64,000 bases of DNA from Anaerolineae bacterium (lineage in GTDB: Bacteria; Chloroflexota; Anaerolineae; JAAYZQ01), in assembly GCA_034435455.1 (NCBI GenBank), contig DAOTXL010000137.1, forward strand, positions 54,687-118,686, read 5' to 3'. The translations under genes and the position numbers were made by a program. This document shows, one piece after another, positions 54,721 through 64,000 of this stretch. Numbering within the stretch: the first letter of the stretch is position 1; every line of letters begins with the position of its first letter. Under the pieces are notes generated by a model that was not told the DNA's origin, made no database searches, and saw only the letters and a list, made by a program, of their open reading frames with translations.

Positions 54721-55257
54721 TTACCGGGCTGCCTCGGCGAGCATATCCAGCAATGCCTGGCGTTTTTCGGCGTACTGGGGCTCGTCGAACAGCGGGGTGC
54801 AGGCCTTTACTTCGGCCTCGCCAACCGTGATCTGGCCGGCAAAGGCAAAGCAGGAGGGCTGGCCGCACCGCTTGCAGTTGGTCTGGGGCAACAGCCTGTA
54901 AACCTCCATGGCCACCAGGCGCTTGCGGGTCGTGTGGAGCGGCGTCAGGTTGTCACGGTCCATCCAGATGCGGTTGATGGCGGCGATGATCTTTTCCATC
55001 TGGATGGCAGCCGTGTCGCGGTCCGGCAGGTTGCTGATGGTGATCTCGTGGGGTTTCAAGGCCACGGCATGGCCTTCGAAGCGGAGGGTGATTTGCCGGG
55101 CGGCCGGGCTATAGATGGCCTCTTTCCACTGGGCGTTGAGGTAGGGGAACACCTCGCTGATCTCCTCCTCAAAGCGGGCTGTGGCGTTCCAATACTCGGC
55201 GCCGGGCTCGCAGGCCGGGGCCTCCAGATGCATCTCATAATCTTTGGCAATAAACAT
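54721..55257 (-). CDS. Putative Fe-S cluster protein with a CFeSP-like motif (PF04060-type)
   Basis: ...VYRLLPQTNCKRCGQPSCFAFAGQ... matches the corrinoid-FeS-protein N-terminal LPKTNCGxCGxPTCxAFA motif. GGAGGAGCG RBS before MFIAKDY. Confidence 0.5.
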   Translation of the reverse strand: MFIAKDYEMHLEAPACEPGAEYWNATARFEEEISEVFPYLNAQWKEAIYSPAARQITLRFEGHAVALKPHEITISNLPDRDTAAIQMEKIIAAINRIWMDRDNLTPLHTTRKRLVAMEVYRLLPQTNCKRCGQPSCFAFAGQITVGEAEVKACTPLFDEPQYAEKRQALLDMLAEAAR

Positions 55258-55350
55258 CGCTCCTCCCCAGGTCCCCGATGCGTCGGCCGGGGCAGGGGTA
55301 GTATACCATGCTCTGCCGCAAAGGTCAAACCGGCGGGATGGGCTGCTGTT

Positions 55351-55365
55351 CAAGTGCCAGGCACT
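55351..55365. promoter_or_regulatory. Dyad-symmetric element, copy C (single perfect unit AAGTGCCAGGCACTT)
   Basis: gctgctgttcAAGTGCCAGGCACTTtcg in the divergent intergenic region between 54721..55257 (-) and 55482..56432 (+). Confidence 0.45.
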
Positions 55366-55481
55366 TTCGCTTCCAGATGGGAGATACCCTGGCCCGGCCA
55401 ATTTGACAAAAGTCAGAAAATGACTATAATTATATTTTATTGGTGCTGGCTGGGAGAAAATCAAGAAAGGGAGGGTGATTC

Positions 55482-56432
55482 ATGGACCAATTGTTCTGTT
55501 GCGTCTGCCACGCCCCGGTGGGCGACGACGCGCCACGCCTGGGTGGGCGGGCCTATTGTGCGCAACACTATGCCAGGGCATCCAGGGAACGGCGCAGCGT
55601 GTGGCGGTCGGGGGTGGCGCAGATCGTGGCCGTCGTTTTGTTTGCCGTGTTGGTCGCGCTGATCTTGGGTACGATCAAGCCGGCATGGGAGGGTCCGGCG
55701 CTGGTGTTGAGCGGTGCCGTGTTGGCGTTGGTGCCGGCGGCGTTGTGGCTGGCCTTCTTTTATGCCCAGGACCGACTGGAGCCGGAGCCCAAGCCTTTCG
55801 TCATCGGGGTCTTTGTCCTGGGGGCGCTACTGGCCAATGCCATCGGCATTCCGCTGGTGCGCGACCTGTTCCGGGTGCAGGACTGGCTGGGCCGCAGCCT
55901 GCTCACCAACCTCTTGGGTTCGATCCTGGTTGTCGGCTTTGTCCAGGAGTTTCTCAAATATGCGGCGGTGCGCTACAGCGTCTATCTGCTGCCCGAATTC
56001 GACGAGCGGATGGATGGCATCCTCTACGGCACGGCGGCCGGGCTGGGCTTTGCCACGATGCTGAACATCAACTATGTGGTCGAAAGCGGCGGCGTGGACC
56101 TGGGGGTGGGCGTCATCCGCATCGTGGTGACGGCCCTGGCCCAGGCCAGTTTTGCCGGTATCACCGGTTATTTCCTGGGCCGCGCCAGGTTCGAGGAGGA
56201 GCCGGTGTGGTGGCTGCCCCTGGGGGTGACGGTGGCGGCGGTGCTCAACGGCCTGTTCACCGTGATCCTGGGCGGCGTGACCCGCGTTGGATCGGTGTTG
56301 GCCGGAAAGACGGCCAATCCGTGGTATGGGCTGGTGCTGGCCACTGTGGTCGCCGGCCTGATCTTTGGGCTGCTCATTGCCCTCATCCGCCGCGCCATCC
56401 GCCTGACCGTGACCGGTCAGCAGGGGGCCTGA
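55482..56432 (+). CDS. PrsW-family intramembrane metalloprotease with an N-terminal zinc ribbon
   Basis: CCVCHAPV...YCAQHY, then 7-8 TM helices with QEFLKYAAVRY (EExxK-like) and the GILYGTAAGLGFATMLN region. Confidence 0.55.
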   Translation: MDQLFCCVCHAPVGDDAPRLGGRAYCAQHYARASRERRSVWRSGVAQIVAVVLFAVLVALILGTIKPAWEGPALVLSGAVLALVPAALWLAFFYAQDRLEPEPKPFVIGVFVLGALLANAIGIPLVRDLFRVQDWLGRSLLTNLLGSILVVGFVQEFLKYAAVRYSVYLLPEFDERMDGILYGTAAGLGFATMLNINYVVESGGVDLGVGVIRIVVTALAQASFAGITGYFLGRARFEEEPVWWLPLGVTVAAVLNGLFTVILGGVTRVGSVLAGKTANPWYGLVLATVVAGLIFGLLIALIRRAIRLTVTGQQGA

Positions 56433-56457
56433 GGGTGGAGAAAAGGAGAAGGATCTG

Positions 56458-57057
56458 ATGGCAAAAAAGGTTTCTGTACGCACGCCCCGCGACCGCTGGG
56501 CCGATTGGGCTGTCCTCGGTGTGGTCGTCGTGGCCCTGCTCCTGGGTTGGGGGGTGATGGCCATAGCTCAGGGACAGCGAGGCCTCTATGCCGATGACCG
56601 GACCGGGCTGACGGTCTGGTATCCGGAGGGCTGGCTACTCAAGGCCGGTGAGAACCTGGCTTTCCAGGCGGTGGACCCGGCCTCGGGCGAGTTCAAGACG
56701 ACCTACCAGGTGCGCCTGGTGCCGATTGACGCGACGGCGGCAGTCACCCCCACCCTGGCCGCAGTGTTGAACAGGCTCTCGCTGGCCCGCGCCCAGGAGG
56801 GGACCGCCTACCGGTTGTTCGACATCGCCGAGGGAGCAAAAATCGGCGGCCAGCCGACGATGGAGGCCACCTGCGTTTACGTGATAGAGAGCAGTAACCT
56901 GTTCGTCCAGCGCCTGCCGGTGATAGTCCAGGGGCTGGACGTGGCTGTGGCCCACGGCGACCGGGCCTACATCTTTAGCCTGTTGGCCTCGCAGGAGAAT
57001 TTTGAGAAGGCGGAGCCGGCCTTCCGCCGGTTCGTCAAATCTGCTGAGATCAGGTGA
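56458..57057 (+). CDS. Membrane-anchored hypothetical protein
   Basis: Single N-terminal TM helix then a 170-aa soluble domain; no family recognised. Confidence 0.45.
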   Translation: MAKKVSVRTPRDRWADWAVLGVVVVALLLGWGVMAIAQGQRGLYADDRTGLTVWYPEGWLLKAGENLAFQAVDPASGEFKTTYQVRLVPIDATAAVTPTLAAVLNRLSLARAQEGTAYRLFDIAEGAKIGGQPTMEATCVYVIESSNLFVQRLPVIVQGLDVAVAHGDRAYIFSLLASQENFEKAEPAFRRFVKSAEIR

Positions 57058-57081
57058 CAGGGGATTAAGGAAGGGGTGAGC

Positions 57082-59325
57082 ATGATGAAGCGAATGTTCC
57101 GATGGCTCAGCGTGCCGTTGGTGTTGGTGCTCCTGCTGACCGGGTTGGGGCCCTCGCTGGCCCTGGACCGGCAAACCCGGCTGGATGTCATGTCGGCGGT
57201 GGTGCAGATATCTCTGGTCAAGATCGAGGGGGAGGAGGTCTATTATCTGCCCTTGGGTTCGGGCACGATCATTTCGGCCGACGGCCTGATCTTGACCAAC
57301 TGCCACGTGGCCGACCCGGTCCGCTATGGCTTCCCCCCTGAAGAGGTGCCTGCCTATGACTACCTGGGGGTGGCCCTGACCATCCGCTCGGACAGGCCGC
57401 CGCAACTGGCCTATCTGGCCACGGTGGAACAGGCCGATCCCCGCCTCGATCTGGCCGTCATCCGCATCAGGTACAAGACCGATGGGACCGAGCTAAAATC
57501 GTCGGACCTCAAGCTGCCCTACGTGGCGCTGGGGGACTCGGACGTGCTGGTGGTCGGCGATGATCTCAACATCTTTGGCTATCCTGGCATCGGCGGCGAG
57601 ACGGTGACTTTTACCAGAGGGGTGGTAAGCGGCTTTAGCATGGAGGCGGGCATCGAGGGCGCGGCCTGGATCAAGACCGACGCCAGCATCGCCGGCGGCA
57701 ACAGCGGCGGGACGGCGGTGGACGAGGAGGGCCTGCTGGTGGGCGTGCCGACGCGGGGGGGCGACGTGGACTGCCGCGTTGTGACCGACACCAATGGGGA
57801 CGGGAAGGTGGACAACCGCGACAGTTGTGTCCCGGTCGGCGGCTACATCAACAACCTGCGGCCGGTCAATCTGGCCAAACCGCTTATTGAGGCGGCCCGC
57901 CAGGGGCTGCCGGACCCCAACAAGAGGGATGGGCAAAAGGGGACGACCCCTGCCCCTACAGGTCAGCCCAGGCTCAGCAACCTGTTTTTCTCGCCCGGCG
58001 TGAACGAGTTTGACCAGCCGACTACGGTCGTCACCCGCCTGCCGTCGGGCAGCCGCAGCCTGTACCTGTTCTTCGACTATGAGAACATGTCGCCCGACAG
58101 GACGTTGGAGATGAAGCTGTCGTTCAACGGCACAGAGTTGCCCGAATGGGGCCTGCCGGCCGGCCCGTGGAGCGGTGGCGAGCAGGGGACATGGTGGATC
58201 GGCTGGAACGACGCCGCCTTTGCCGACGGGATCTACAGGCTGGCGCTCTATGTGGATGGTACCAGGATGGCCGATGCCGAGATCGAGATCGGCGGCGTGG
58301 CCGAGAACAAGCCGTCGTTCTCCAACATCCTGTTCAGCCTGGAAAAGACGGCCCAGAACCGGCCCGTGGAGCCGGCCGTCCTCTTCCCGGCCGGGACCAA
58401 ACGGCTGCTGGCCTTTTTCGATTATCAGAACATGTCCGGTACGAACAAATGGACCCGCACCTGGCTGGCCGACGGCCAGGTGGCCCTGAGCAAGGATGAA
58501 TCGTGGACCGAGGGCCGGGCAGGGAGCTATGTGCTGGAGTTGACCTCTTCCAAGGGCCTGGCTGCCGGGGCCTATCGCCTGAACCTGTACATTGATGGCA
58601 GGCTGGCCGCGATGTCGAACTTTTGGATCACGGGTGCGCAGGGGGGGGGCGCCTCCTTTGCGCCGATCGTTTTTGCCAGAGGCGAGGACCGCCAGGGCAA
58701 TCCGGTTGGCGTGGCCCAGAGCTTCCCCTCCGGCCTGGAGGAACTGCACGCCTTCTCCGACTATAGCGGCATGAAGGACGGCCTGGCGTTTCAGATCAAC
58801 TGGTACGTGGATGGTCAGAAGGTGATCGAGTCCCCCTTTGACTGGGATGGCGGTGAATCGGGAACATGGCACGACTATCTTTACTCCCAGAAGGGGGTGC
58901 TGCCCGACGCCGAGTACAGTGTGGAGCTGTTGGTGGAGGGCCAGGTACTGCAAAAGGGGACCACGACGGTGGGGACCGGAGCTCGGCCCACCCCAGCCCC
59001 CACACCAGGCCCCAAAGATGGGGTTCAGGTGCAGGGGACGATCACCGATCTGGACACGAACCGGCCCATTGCCGGGGCTATCTTTCTGGTGCTCAAGCCG
59101 GGGATCACCCTGGACACCTTCCAGTGGACCGACGATGAGGTCTATACCTCGGCCGAAAGTGATCGCCAGGGCTTCTATAAGTTGCCCGACCTGCTACAGC
59201 GGGGTGAATGTTATACCATGATCATCGGCGCCCAGGGCTATTGGCCCTACGGCGAAGACGATGTGTGTGTCGGGACGGAAGCGCCGGCAGTGGTCGATCT
59301 GCCGGTGCAACTGGAGAAAAAGTAG
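57082..59325 (+). CDS. Secreted trypsin-like (S1) serine protease with C-terminal repeated beta-domains
   Basis: Signal peptide; catalytic triad context TNCHVAD...DLAVIRI...GNSGGTAVD; four similar ~90-aa repeats (..FFDYENMS.., ..FFDYQNMS.., ..FSDYSGMK..). Confidence 0.75.
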   Translation: MMKRMFRWLSVPLVLVLLLTGLGPSLALDRQTRLDVMSAVVQISLVKIEGEEVYYLPLGSGTIISADGLILTNCHVADPVRYGFPPEEVPAYDYLGVALTIRSDRPPQLAYLATVEQADPRLDLAVIRIRYKTDGTELKSSDLKLPYVALGDSDVLVVGDDLNIFGYPGIGGETVTFTRGVVSGFSMEAGIEGAAWIKTDASIAGGNSGGTAVDEEGLLVGVPTRGGDVDCRVVTDTNGDGKVDNRDSCVPVGGYINNLRPVNLAKPLIEAARQGLPDPNKRDGQKGTTPAPTGQPRLSNLFFSPGVNEFDQPTTVVTRLPSGSRSLYLFFDYENMSPDRTLEMKLSFNGTELPEWGLPAGPWSGGEQGTWWIGWNDAAFADGIYRLALYVDGTRMADAEIEIGGVAENKPSFSNILFSLEKTAQNRPVEPAVLFPAGTKRLLAFFDYQNMSGTNKWTRTWLADGQVALSKDESWTEGRAGSYVLELTSSKGLAAGAYRLNLYIDGRLAAMSNFWITGAQGGGASFAPIVFARGEDRQGNPVGVAQSFPSGLEELHAFSDYSGMKDGLAFQINWYVDGQKVIESPFDWDGGESGTWHDYLYSQKGVLPDAEYSVELLVEGQVLQKGTTTVGTGARPTPAPTPGPKDGVQVQGTITDLDTNRPIAGAIFLVLKPGITLDTFQWTDDEVYTSAESDRQGFYKLPDLLQRGECYTMIIGAQGYWPYGEDDVCVGTEAPAVVDLPVQLEKK

Positions 59326-59341
59326 GGAAAATCGTGGCCCT

Positions 59342-59378
59342 CCCGCCGGTTTCCGGGCCGGCGGGGGGCTTTTTTTTG
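59342..59378 (+). terminator. Rho-independent terminator (CCCGCCGG...CCGGCGGG + U8)
   Basis: GC-rich stem followed by TTTTTTTT immediately after the protease gene. Confidence 0.55.
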
Positions 59379-59393
59379 AGAGGGCAAATAGGT

Positions 59394-59503
59394 CGTAGGG
59401 GCGAGGTTGCCTCGCCCTTTTTGGGTTGCAGGGGTGGGTTGCAGGGGCCAGTTGTAGGGGCCAGTTGTAGGGGCCAGTTGTAGGGGCGAGGTTGCCTCGC
59501 CCC
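59394..59503. repeat. Minisatellite: 5 tandem 13-bp units (GGCCAGTTGTAGG-like) bracketed by two identical 21-bp hairpins GGGGCGAGGTTGCCTCGCCCC
   Basis: gtaggggcgaggttgcctcgccc-ttttt-gggttgcaggggtgggttgcaggggccagttgtaggggccagttgtaggggccagttgtagg-ggcgaggttgcctcgcccc. Confidence 0.6.
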
Positions 59504-59519
59504 CTGGGGCAGGTACATT

Positions 59520-60035
59520 TTATTGGCCGGCCCGGATGAGGAACCGGCAATAGGGATCCCCTTTGCCCTGGCGAAGGGGATAGTGCACCTCCACCGGAAC
59601 GCCGGGCAGCAAGGTCTCCAGCCAGGCGTTCCATACCGTTTCGCAGGCGACGCACGCCTGGTCGGTGCGGGGCAGGGCAGCGCGTTTGGCCCCTTCGTAG
59701 GCGGCGCAGCGACGGACGATCACTTCGGCCCTGTCGGCCTCCACCGTAGCAAACTCGGCGCGCAGGGCCTCGCCCATGAACGCCGCCGTGTAGGTGCGCA
59801 GCAGGCGCATGGCGTCGGGCAGGTTGTCGGCCCGCGATTTGCCCACCACCTTGAGCAGGGTGCGCATTTCGATGCGCCCGAACGAGGTCCGCACCCGGGC
59901 GTTGAGGCCGATGGCGGCCTCCAGCCCAAAGGCCTCGACCGCTTTGAGAAACCATTGCCCATCCCAGTAGAGCATCAGCTTGCGCAGCATCTGCACCTGG
60001 TCGGCGTCGGAGAGGGGATACGGTTCGTCGGTCAT
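59520..60035 (-). CDS. ATC-hydrolase-family protein (L-2-amino-thiazoline-4-carboxylate hydrolase-like)
   Basis: MTDEPYPLSDADQVQMLRKLMLYWDGQWFLKAVEAFG... with a CxxC near the C-terminus; GAGGTGAGG RBS. The track ORF's 128-aa N-extension overlaps the aminotransferase gene and was rejected. Confidence 0.55.
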   Translation of the reverse strand: MTDEPYPLSDADQVQMLRKLMLYWDGQWFLKAVEAFGLEAAIGLNARVRTSFGRIEMRTLLKVVGKSRADNLPDAMRLLRTYTAAFMGEALRAEFATVEADRAEVIVRRCAAYEGAKRAALPRTDQACVACETVWNAWLETLLPGVPVEVHYPLRQGKGDPYCRFLIRAGQ

Positions 60036-60039
60036 GGCC

Positions 60040-61206
60040 TCACCTCTGCCGGCCGGCCGGTCTGGCTCCGCCTGCCTGTAGATCGGCCAGGCAGGCACTG
60101 ACCCGTTCCAGCGCCGTGGCAAAGACCGGCGGGTCCTGGCCGATGCCGATCCGCAAATAGTGCTCCAGGCCAAAGGCCGAACCGGGGGCGAGCATGACGC
60201 TGTATTCCTCGGCCAGCCTGTTGGCCAGTTCCAGCGAGGGGATGTCCAGCTCATAGTGCAGCAGGGCCAGCAGGCCGCCACGCGGCGGGACCCACGACAG
60301 CAGCCCGGCATGGCCGGCGATCCAGGCGTTGGCAGCGGCCAGGTTGGCCGTGATGATCGCCTGGTTGCGGGCGATGATCCGATCCCGGTATCGGATGGCC
60401 AGGATGGCCAGGGCGTCATTCAGCCTGCCGGGGCTTAGCGTGACATAATCGCGCATCCCCCAGCAGCGGGCGACGATGTCGGGGGGGGCGGCCAGCCAGC
60501 CTATGCGCAGGCCGGGCAGGCCGAACGGCTTGGAAAGGGTGCCGACGCTGATGCCGGCCGGCCCCAGGTCGAAGGCCGGGGGGGCCGGACGCTCGCCGCC
60601 GGGGATGGTCAGCCAGCGGTAGGCTTCATCGCTCAGCACCATCGCTCCCCTCGTCCGGGCGATTTCATATACGTGTGCCAGGTCTTCTGCCGACAGGACC
60701 GTGCCGGTGGGGTTGTGCGGGCTGTTGATGACGATCAGGCGGGTGTGCGGTTGCACCAGCCGTTCCAGATCGTCCACATCGTAGCGGAAGCCGGTTTCGG
60801 GGCGGATGGGCCACAGCGATAGGTCGCAGCCCAGCGCCCGGGGCACGCTGTAGAGCTGTTGATAGGCCGGGTAGGGGGCGATCACGTGATCGCCGGGGTT
60901 CAGCAGCACGTTGAACAGCAGGAAATTGGCCTCGATGGCTCCGGTGGTGACCAGGATATTGTCCGGGCTGCCATTGGCGTAGGTTTCGGCCAGCGCCCGG
61001 CGAAGCTCCAGCGACCCCCGGGCCTCGCTGTAGCCCAGCCGCAGGTTGAGCAGGCGCTGCAGTGTCGGACCGCGTTCTGCGGCTGGCACCAGGTCCAGCA
61101 GGTCGTTGGCCGTCAGGGGAAAGATGCCGCTTTCGGCGATGTCGTACTGCACCCGGGTTTCATACGTTGTCATCCAGCGTTCCAGAGCAAAGGGTTCGAT
61201 CTGCAC
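60040..61206 (-). CDS. PLP-dependent aminotransferase, class I/II
   Basis: Fold-type I pattern (..INSPHNPTG.., ..SKPFGLPGLRIGW..); GTG start with a GGAG RBS. Confidence 0.8.
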   Translation of the reverse strand: MQIEPFALERWMTTYETRVQYDIAESGIFPLTANDLLDLVPAAERGPTLQRLLNLRLGYSEARGSLELRRALAETYANGSPDNILVTTGAIEANFLLFNVLLNPGDHVIAPYPAYQQLYSVPRALGCDLSLWPIRPETGFRYDVDDLERLVQPHTRLIVINSPHNPTGTVLSAEDLAHVYEIARTRGAMVLSDEAYRWLTIPGGERPAPPAFDLGPAGISVGTLSKPFGLPGLRIGWLAAPPDIVARCWGMRDYVTLSPGRLNDALAILAIRYRDRIIARNQAIITANLAAANAWIAGHAGLLSWVPPRGGLLALLHYELDIPSLELANRLAEEYSVMLAPGSAFGLEHYLRIGIGQDPPVFATALERVSACLADLQAGGARPAGRQR

Positions 61207-61425
61207 GGGTTGCTCCTCTCCTGTTTCACGTTCCGGGACGTGCCCCAGGCTGAAAGCCTGGGCTACAGCCGTCCGGGTACCAGCCGGTTTCGATCATACC
61301 ACAGGAAATTTCCCGTGTCAAGGCAACTTTTTTGCCCTGGGGGAGGTTTTTTGTGCCGTGCTCGCTTGTCGCCGGTTGGCTTTTGGAGTATAATTTCTGG
61401 GTGCGTGGGAGGAAATGAAAACAGG

Positions 61426-64000
61426 ATGAACGTTCGCCGAGCACACCTGCTGTGGGGCCTGGCCCTGCTCAGCCTGGTGTTTTCCCTGGTCCAACCGACG
61501 GTATGGGCAGCCCAGACACCGCCCATCAGGCCGACCCCAGAGGTCCAGGCCTCGCCCACCAAACCGGCCCCGAAGACCCCACCGGCCGATGAGGCCTGGC
61601 TGGATGCCATGTTGGAGCGCATGACCACCGCCGACAAGGTGGGGCAGCTCTTCCTGGTCACCTTTCAGGGGAGCGATGCCGATGCCCGGTCGGAGATCGC
61701 CCGGTTGGTGCAGGTATTCCGCGTGGGAGGGGTGATCCTCTCGGCGGAAAATGGGAATCTCCGCAACGACCTCCCTGCCCCGGAGCAGGTCCTGTCGCTG
61801 ACGACCGCCTTGCAACAGTTGGCCTTTACCGAATCGGCGCCGATGACCATGACCCAAATAGTGCCCGTCACCGTGACTATTCCCCCTTCGATCACGCTGC
61901 CGGCCACGGTGACGCCGCTGTTGACCATCCCGGCTGAAATTTCCATCACCAACGTCGTCACCCAGCCTCCCCAGGGCCTCCCGCTGCTGATCGCGGTGGC
62001 CCAGGAGGGGGATGGTTTCCCGTTCACGGCGCTGCGCAACGGCTTCACCGAGCTGCCGAGCAGCATGGCCATCGGCGCAACGTGGGACGATCGCAACGCC
62101 GAGGCGGTGGGCCGCATTGTCGGCCGTGAGTTGGCGGCGGTGGGCGTCAACCTGCTGTTGGGGCCATCCCTGGATGTGCTCAAGGTGCCCCGACCGGGGC
62201 AGAGTGGCGACCTGGGCACGCGGGTGTTTGGCGGCGATCCTTACTGGGTAGGACGGCTGGGCCGGCTCTACATCCGAGGGGTGCATCTGGGAAGCGAGGG
62301 CCGGGTGGCGACGGTGGCCAGGCACCTGCCCGGCCTGGGCGCCAGCGACCGCAGCCTGGAGGAAGAGGTCGCCACGGTGGATAAATCGCTCCAGGACCTG
62401 CGGCTCATCGAGTTGCCGCCCTTTTTCGCCGTGACTCAGGTCGGCCTCATTACCGACACAGCCGACGCCCTGATGACCGCCCACATCCGCTACCGGGGTT
62501 TTCAGGGCAATATCCGGTCGGTCACCCCCCCCATCAGCCTGCACCCCCAGGGCTTGCAGCAGATCATGGCCCAGCCGGAGTTGGTGCCCTGGCGGGAGGC
62601 CGGTGGGGTGCTGGTCAGCGATTCGTTAGGGGTGCCGGCCATCCGCCGCTACTATTCGCCCACCCTGAAGTCGTTTCCCCACCGGCAGATCGCCCTGGAT
62701 GCCTTGCAGGCCGGGAATGACCTCCTCAATCTGTCGCGCTTTTCCCTCACCGATTCGTGGGAAGAACAGGCGCGCAACATTGAGGATACCATCCTCTTTT
62801 TCCAGACCCGTTACGAAACTGACGAGACCTTTCGCGCCCGAGTGGACCAGGCGGTGCGGCGCATTTTGAAACTCAAGCGGCGCATCTGCCCGGAATTTAC
62901 TCTGGAAGCCTGTACCGGCCAGGCCGAAGCCCTGGCCGGCGTGGGCGGGGGCCGGGGGGCCATAGCCCGGATCGCCCAGCAGGCGGTGACGCTGCTCTAC
63001 CCTTCGGCCGAGGAACTGGCCCTGCGGTTGCCCCGCCCCCCGCGCCCGGATGAGCAGATCCTGATCTTTACCGATGCGCGCGAAGCCCGTGAGTGCCCGC
63101 TGTGCCCGCCCTTTTACCTGCTGGAGCCCCAGGCCTTGCGCGATACCATTCTGCGGATGTACGGGCCGGAGGCTACCAAGCAGGTCGCGCCCGAACGGAT
63201 CACCGCTTTTACCTTTGCCCAATTGCACAGCTTTTTGCTGAACGGCAGCCCCGATCTCAACGCCTACATCCGTGATGCCGACTGGATCGTATTCGCCATG
63301 ACCGACTATGGGCCCAACGCCGTCCCCAGTTCCATGGCACTCAAACAGTTTCTTAGCGAGCGGGCGGCCAGCCTGGAGGTGCAAAAGATTATCGTCCTGG
63401 CCTATGGAGCACCCTATTACCTGGATACCACCGAGGTCAGCAAGCTGACGGCCTACTATGGCATCTATGGCAAGACGCCCCCCCTTATCGAGGCATCGGT
63501 GCGGGCGCTGTTCCTGGACTTTGTGCCGACAGGCCGCCCCCCGGTGACCGTCGAGGGGGTTGGCTACGACCTGACCCGCCAGTTGTCGCCCGATCCCAAT
63601 CAGGTCATCTCGGTGGATTGGGCCGACGAGCCGGTTACCGGTGAAGGGACGCCTGCGCCGTCGGTGGAGCTGGACGTGGGGGACCCACTGCACGTACGCA
63701 CCAGCGTCATTCTCGACCGGAACGGCAATCCGGTGCCCGATGGCACGCCGGTCATCTTTCACTCGTTCTACGTGCCGGAGCAACTGGAGCGCCGGGTCGA
63801 GGCGGTGACGGTCAACGGCGTGGCCGATGCCATCATCACCCTGGAACTGGAGGGGGAGATCGAGATCCGGGCGACCAGCGACCCGGCGGTCAACTCCAGG
63901 CCGCTGGTGGTCCGGCTGCTGGGCGGCACAACCCAATTCCTGACCCCCACCCCGACCTCCACGCCAACCCCCACCCCTACGCCCACGCCAACCCCCACTC
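61426..64000 (+). CDS. Glycoside hydrolase family 3 (secreted; NagZ/beta-glucosidase-like N-domain), runs past the window end into a Pro/Thr linker
   Basis: Signal peptide; KVGQLFLV, the GH3 N-domain pattern (..RHLPGLGASDRS..), and a (PT)n linker at 63940-64000. Not in the ORF track because no stop occurs in the window. TTGTCG-N17-TATAAT at 61365-61394. Confidence 0.75.
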   Translation, partial: MNVRRAHLLWGLALLSLVFSLVQPTVWAAQTPPIRPTPEVQASPTKPAPKTPPADEAWLDAMLERMTTADKVGQLFLVTFQGSDADARSEIARLVQVFRVGGVILSAENGNLRNDLPAPEQVLSLTTALQQLAFTESAPMTMTQIVPVTVTIPPSITLPATVTPLLTIPAEISITNVVTQPPQGLPLLIAVAQEGDGFPFTALRNGFTELPSSMAIGATWDDRNAEAVGRIVGRELAAVGVNLLLGPSLDVLKVPRPGQSGDLGTRVFGGDPYWVGRLGRLYIRGVHLGSEGRVATVARHLPGLGASDRSLEEEVATVDKSLQDLRLIELPPFFAVTQVGLITDTADALMTAHIRYRGFQGNIRSVTPPISLHPQGLQQIMAQPELVPWREAGGVLVSDSLGVPAIRRYYSPTLKSFPHRQIALDALQAGNDLLNLSRFSLTDSWEEQARNIEDTILFFQTRYETDETFRARVDQAVRRILKLKRRICPEFTLEACTGQAEALAGVGGGRGAIARIAQQAVTLLYPSAEELALRLPRPPRPDEQILIFTDAREARECPLCPPFYLLEPQALRDTILRMYGPEATKQVAPERITAFTFAQLHSFLLNGSPDLNAYIRDADWIVFAMTDYGPNAVPSSMALKQFLSERAASLEVQKIIVLAYGAPYYLDTTEVSKLTAYYGIYGKTPPLIEASVRALFLDFVPTGRPPVTVEGVGYDLTRQLSPDPNQVISVDWADEPVTGEGTPAPSVELDVGDPLHVRTSVILDRNGNPVPDGTPVIFHSFYVPEQLERRVEAVTVNGVADAIITLELEGEIEIRATSDPAVNSRPLVVRLLGGTTQFLTPTPTSTPTPTPTPTPTPT

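Noticed and set aside
59394-59503. Possible CRISPR array
   Set aside because: The units are 13 bp with no spacers of unique sequence, and no cas genes are present. It is a minisatellite.
62626-63936. 436-aa minus-strand ORF
   Set aside because: It is antisense to the GH3 gene, whose frame carries clear family motifs. It has no RBS and a low-complexity translation.

Overview
A 64-kb, GC-rich (about 65 percent) bacterial chromosomal segment, densely coded on both strands. The best-supported features are below.

- **Envelope glycosylation block (1-6.1 kb):** two GT4 glycosyltransferases, an SDR epimerase, a GT2 and a clan GH-A hydrolase. An orphaned BrnA antitoxin plus a BrnT toxin stump sits between the two GT4 genes.
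- **Minus-strand redox super-locus (about 20.1 to 10.2 kb):** a thioredoxin-like 2Fe-2S ferredoxin, a roughly 1030-aa NuoE/NuoF/GltD-type fusion flavoprotein, and a formate dehydrogenase catalytic subunit whose reading frame runs through an in-frame TGA with a SECIS-like hairpin. These are followed by a rubrerythrin-like protein, NuoE, NuoF, a receiver domain and a second rubrerythrin-like protein. The locus is driven from a promoter about 345 nt upstream of the first gene.
- **Acetate-metabolism genes:** a single 773-aa polypeptide fusing a cNMP-binding domain, acetate kinase and a PduL-type phosphotransacylase. Elsewhere in the window are an ADP-forming acetyl-CoA synthetase and a standalone Pta-N-terminal-domain protein next to enolase.
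- **Regulatory cluster (25.8 to 21.7 kb):** DRTGG, CBS-GHKL, DRTGG, PHP, NuoE-like, GHKL ATPase and cNMP-binding genes, opposite a sensor histidine kinase. Its leader carries a terminator hairpin.
- **Other coding content:** pseudouridine catabolism (psuK/psuG), a Rrf2-cysE-cysK-iscS operon, mnmA, an ArsA/Get3-like ATPase, a dNK-family deoxynucleoside kinase, tandem SPFH/flotillin-like paralogs, a secreted glycine-rich repeat protein with a Cys-rich small partner, a Clp1-type polynucleotide kinase followed by a Memo-like and a DUF4139 protein, a PrsW-like protease, an S1 serine protease and a partial GH3.
- **Non-coding structure:** a three-copy dyad-symmetric element (AAGTGCCWGGCACTT units), a dispersed 70-90-bp intergenic repeat, sigma70-like promoters with extended -10 boxes, G-rich octamer tandem repeats at two loci, a 13-bp minisatellite flanked by identical hairpins, and two cases where about 90 bp of a gene's 3' end is duplicated beside an inserted small gene.

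No rRNA, tRNA, CRISPR array or transposase was recognised by eye. A Chloroflexota-like origin is only a guess from style (extended -10 promoters, leaderless starts, selenoprotein). All coordinates may be off by 1-2 nt.
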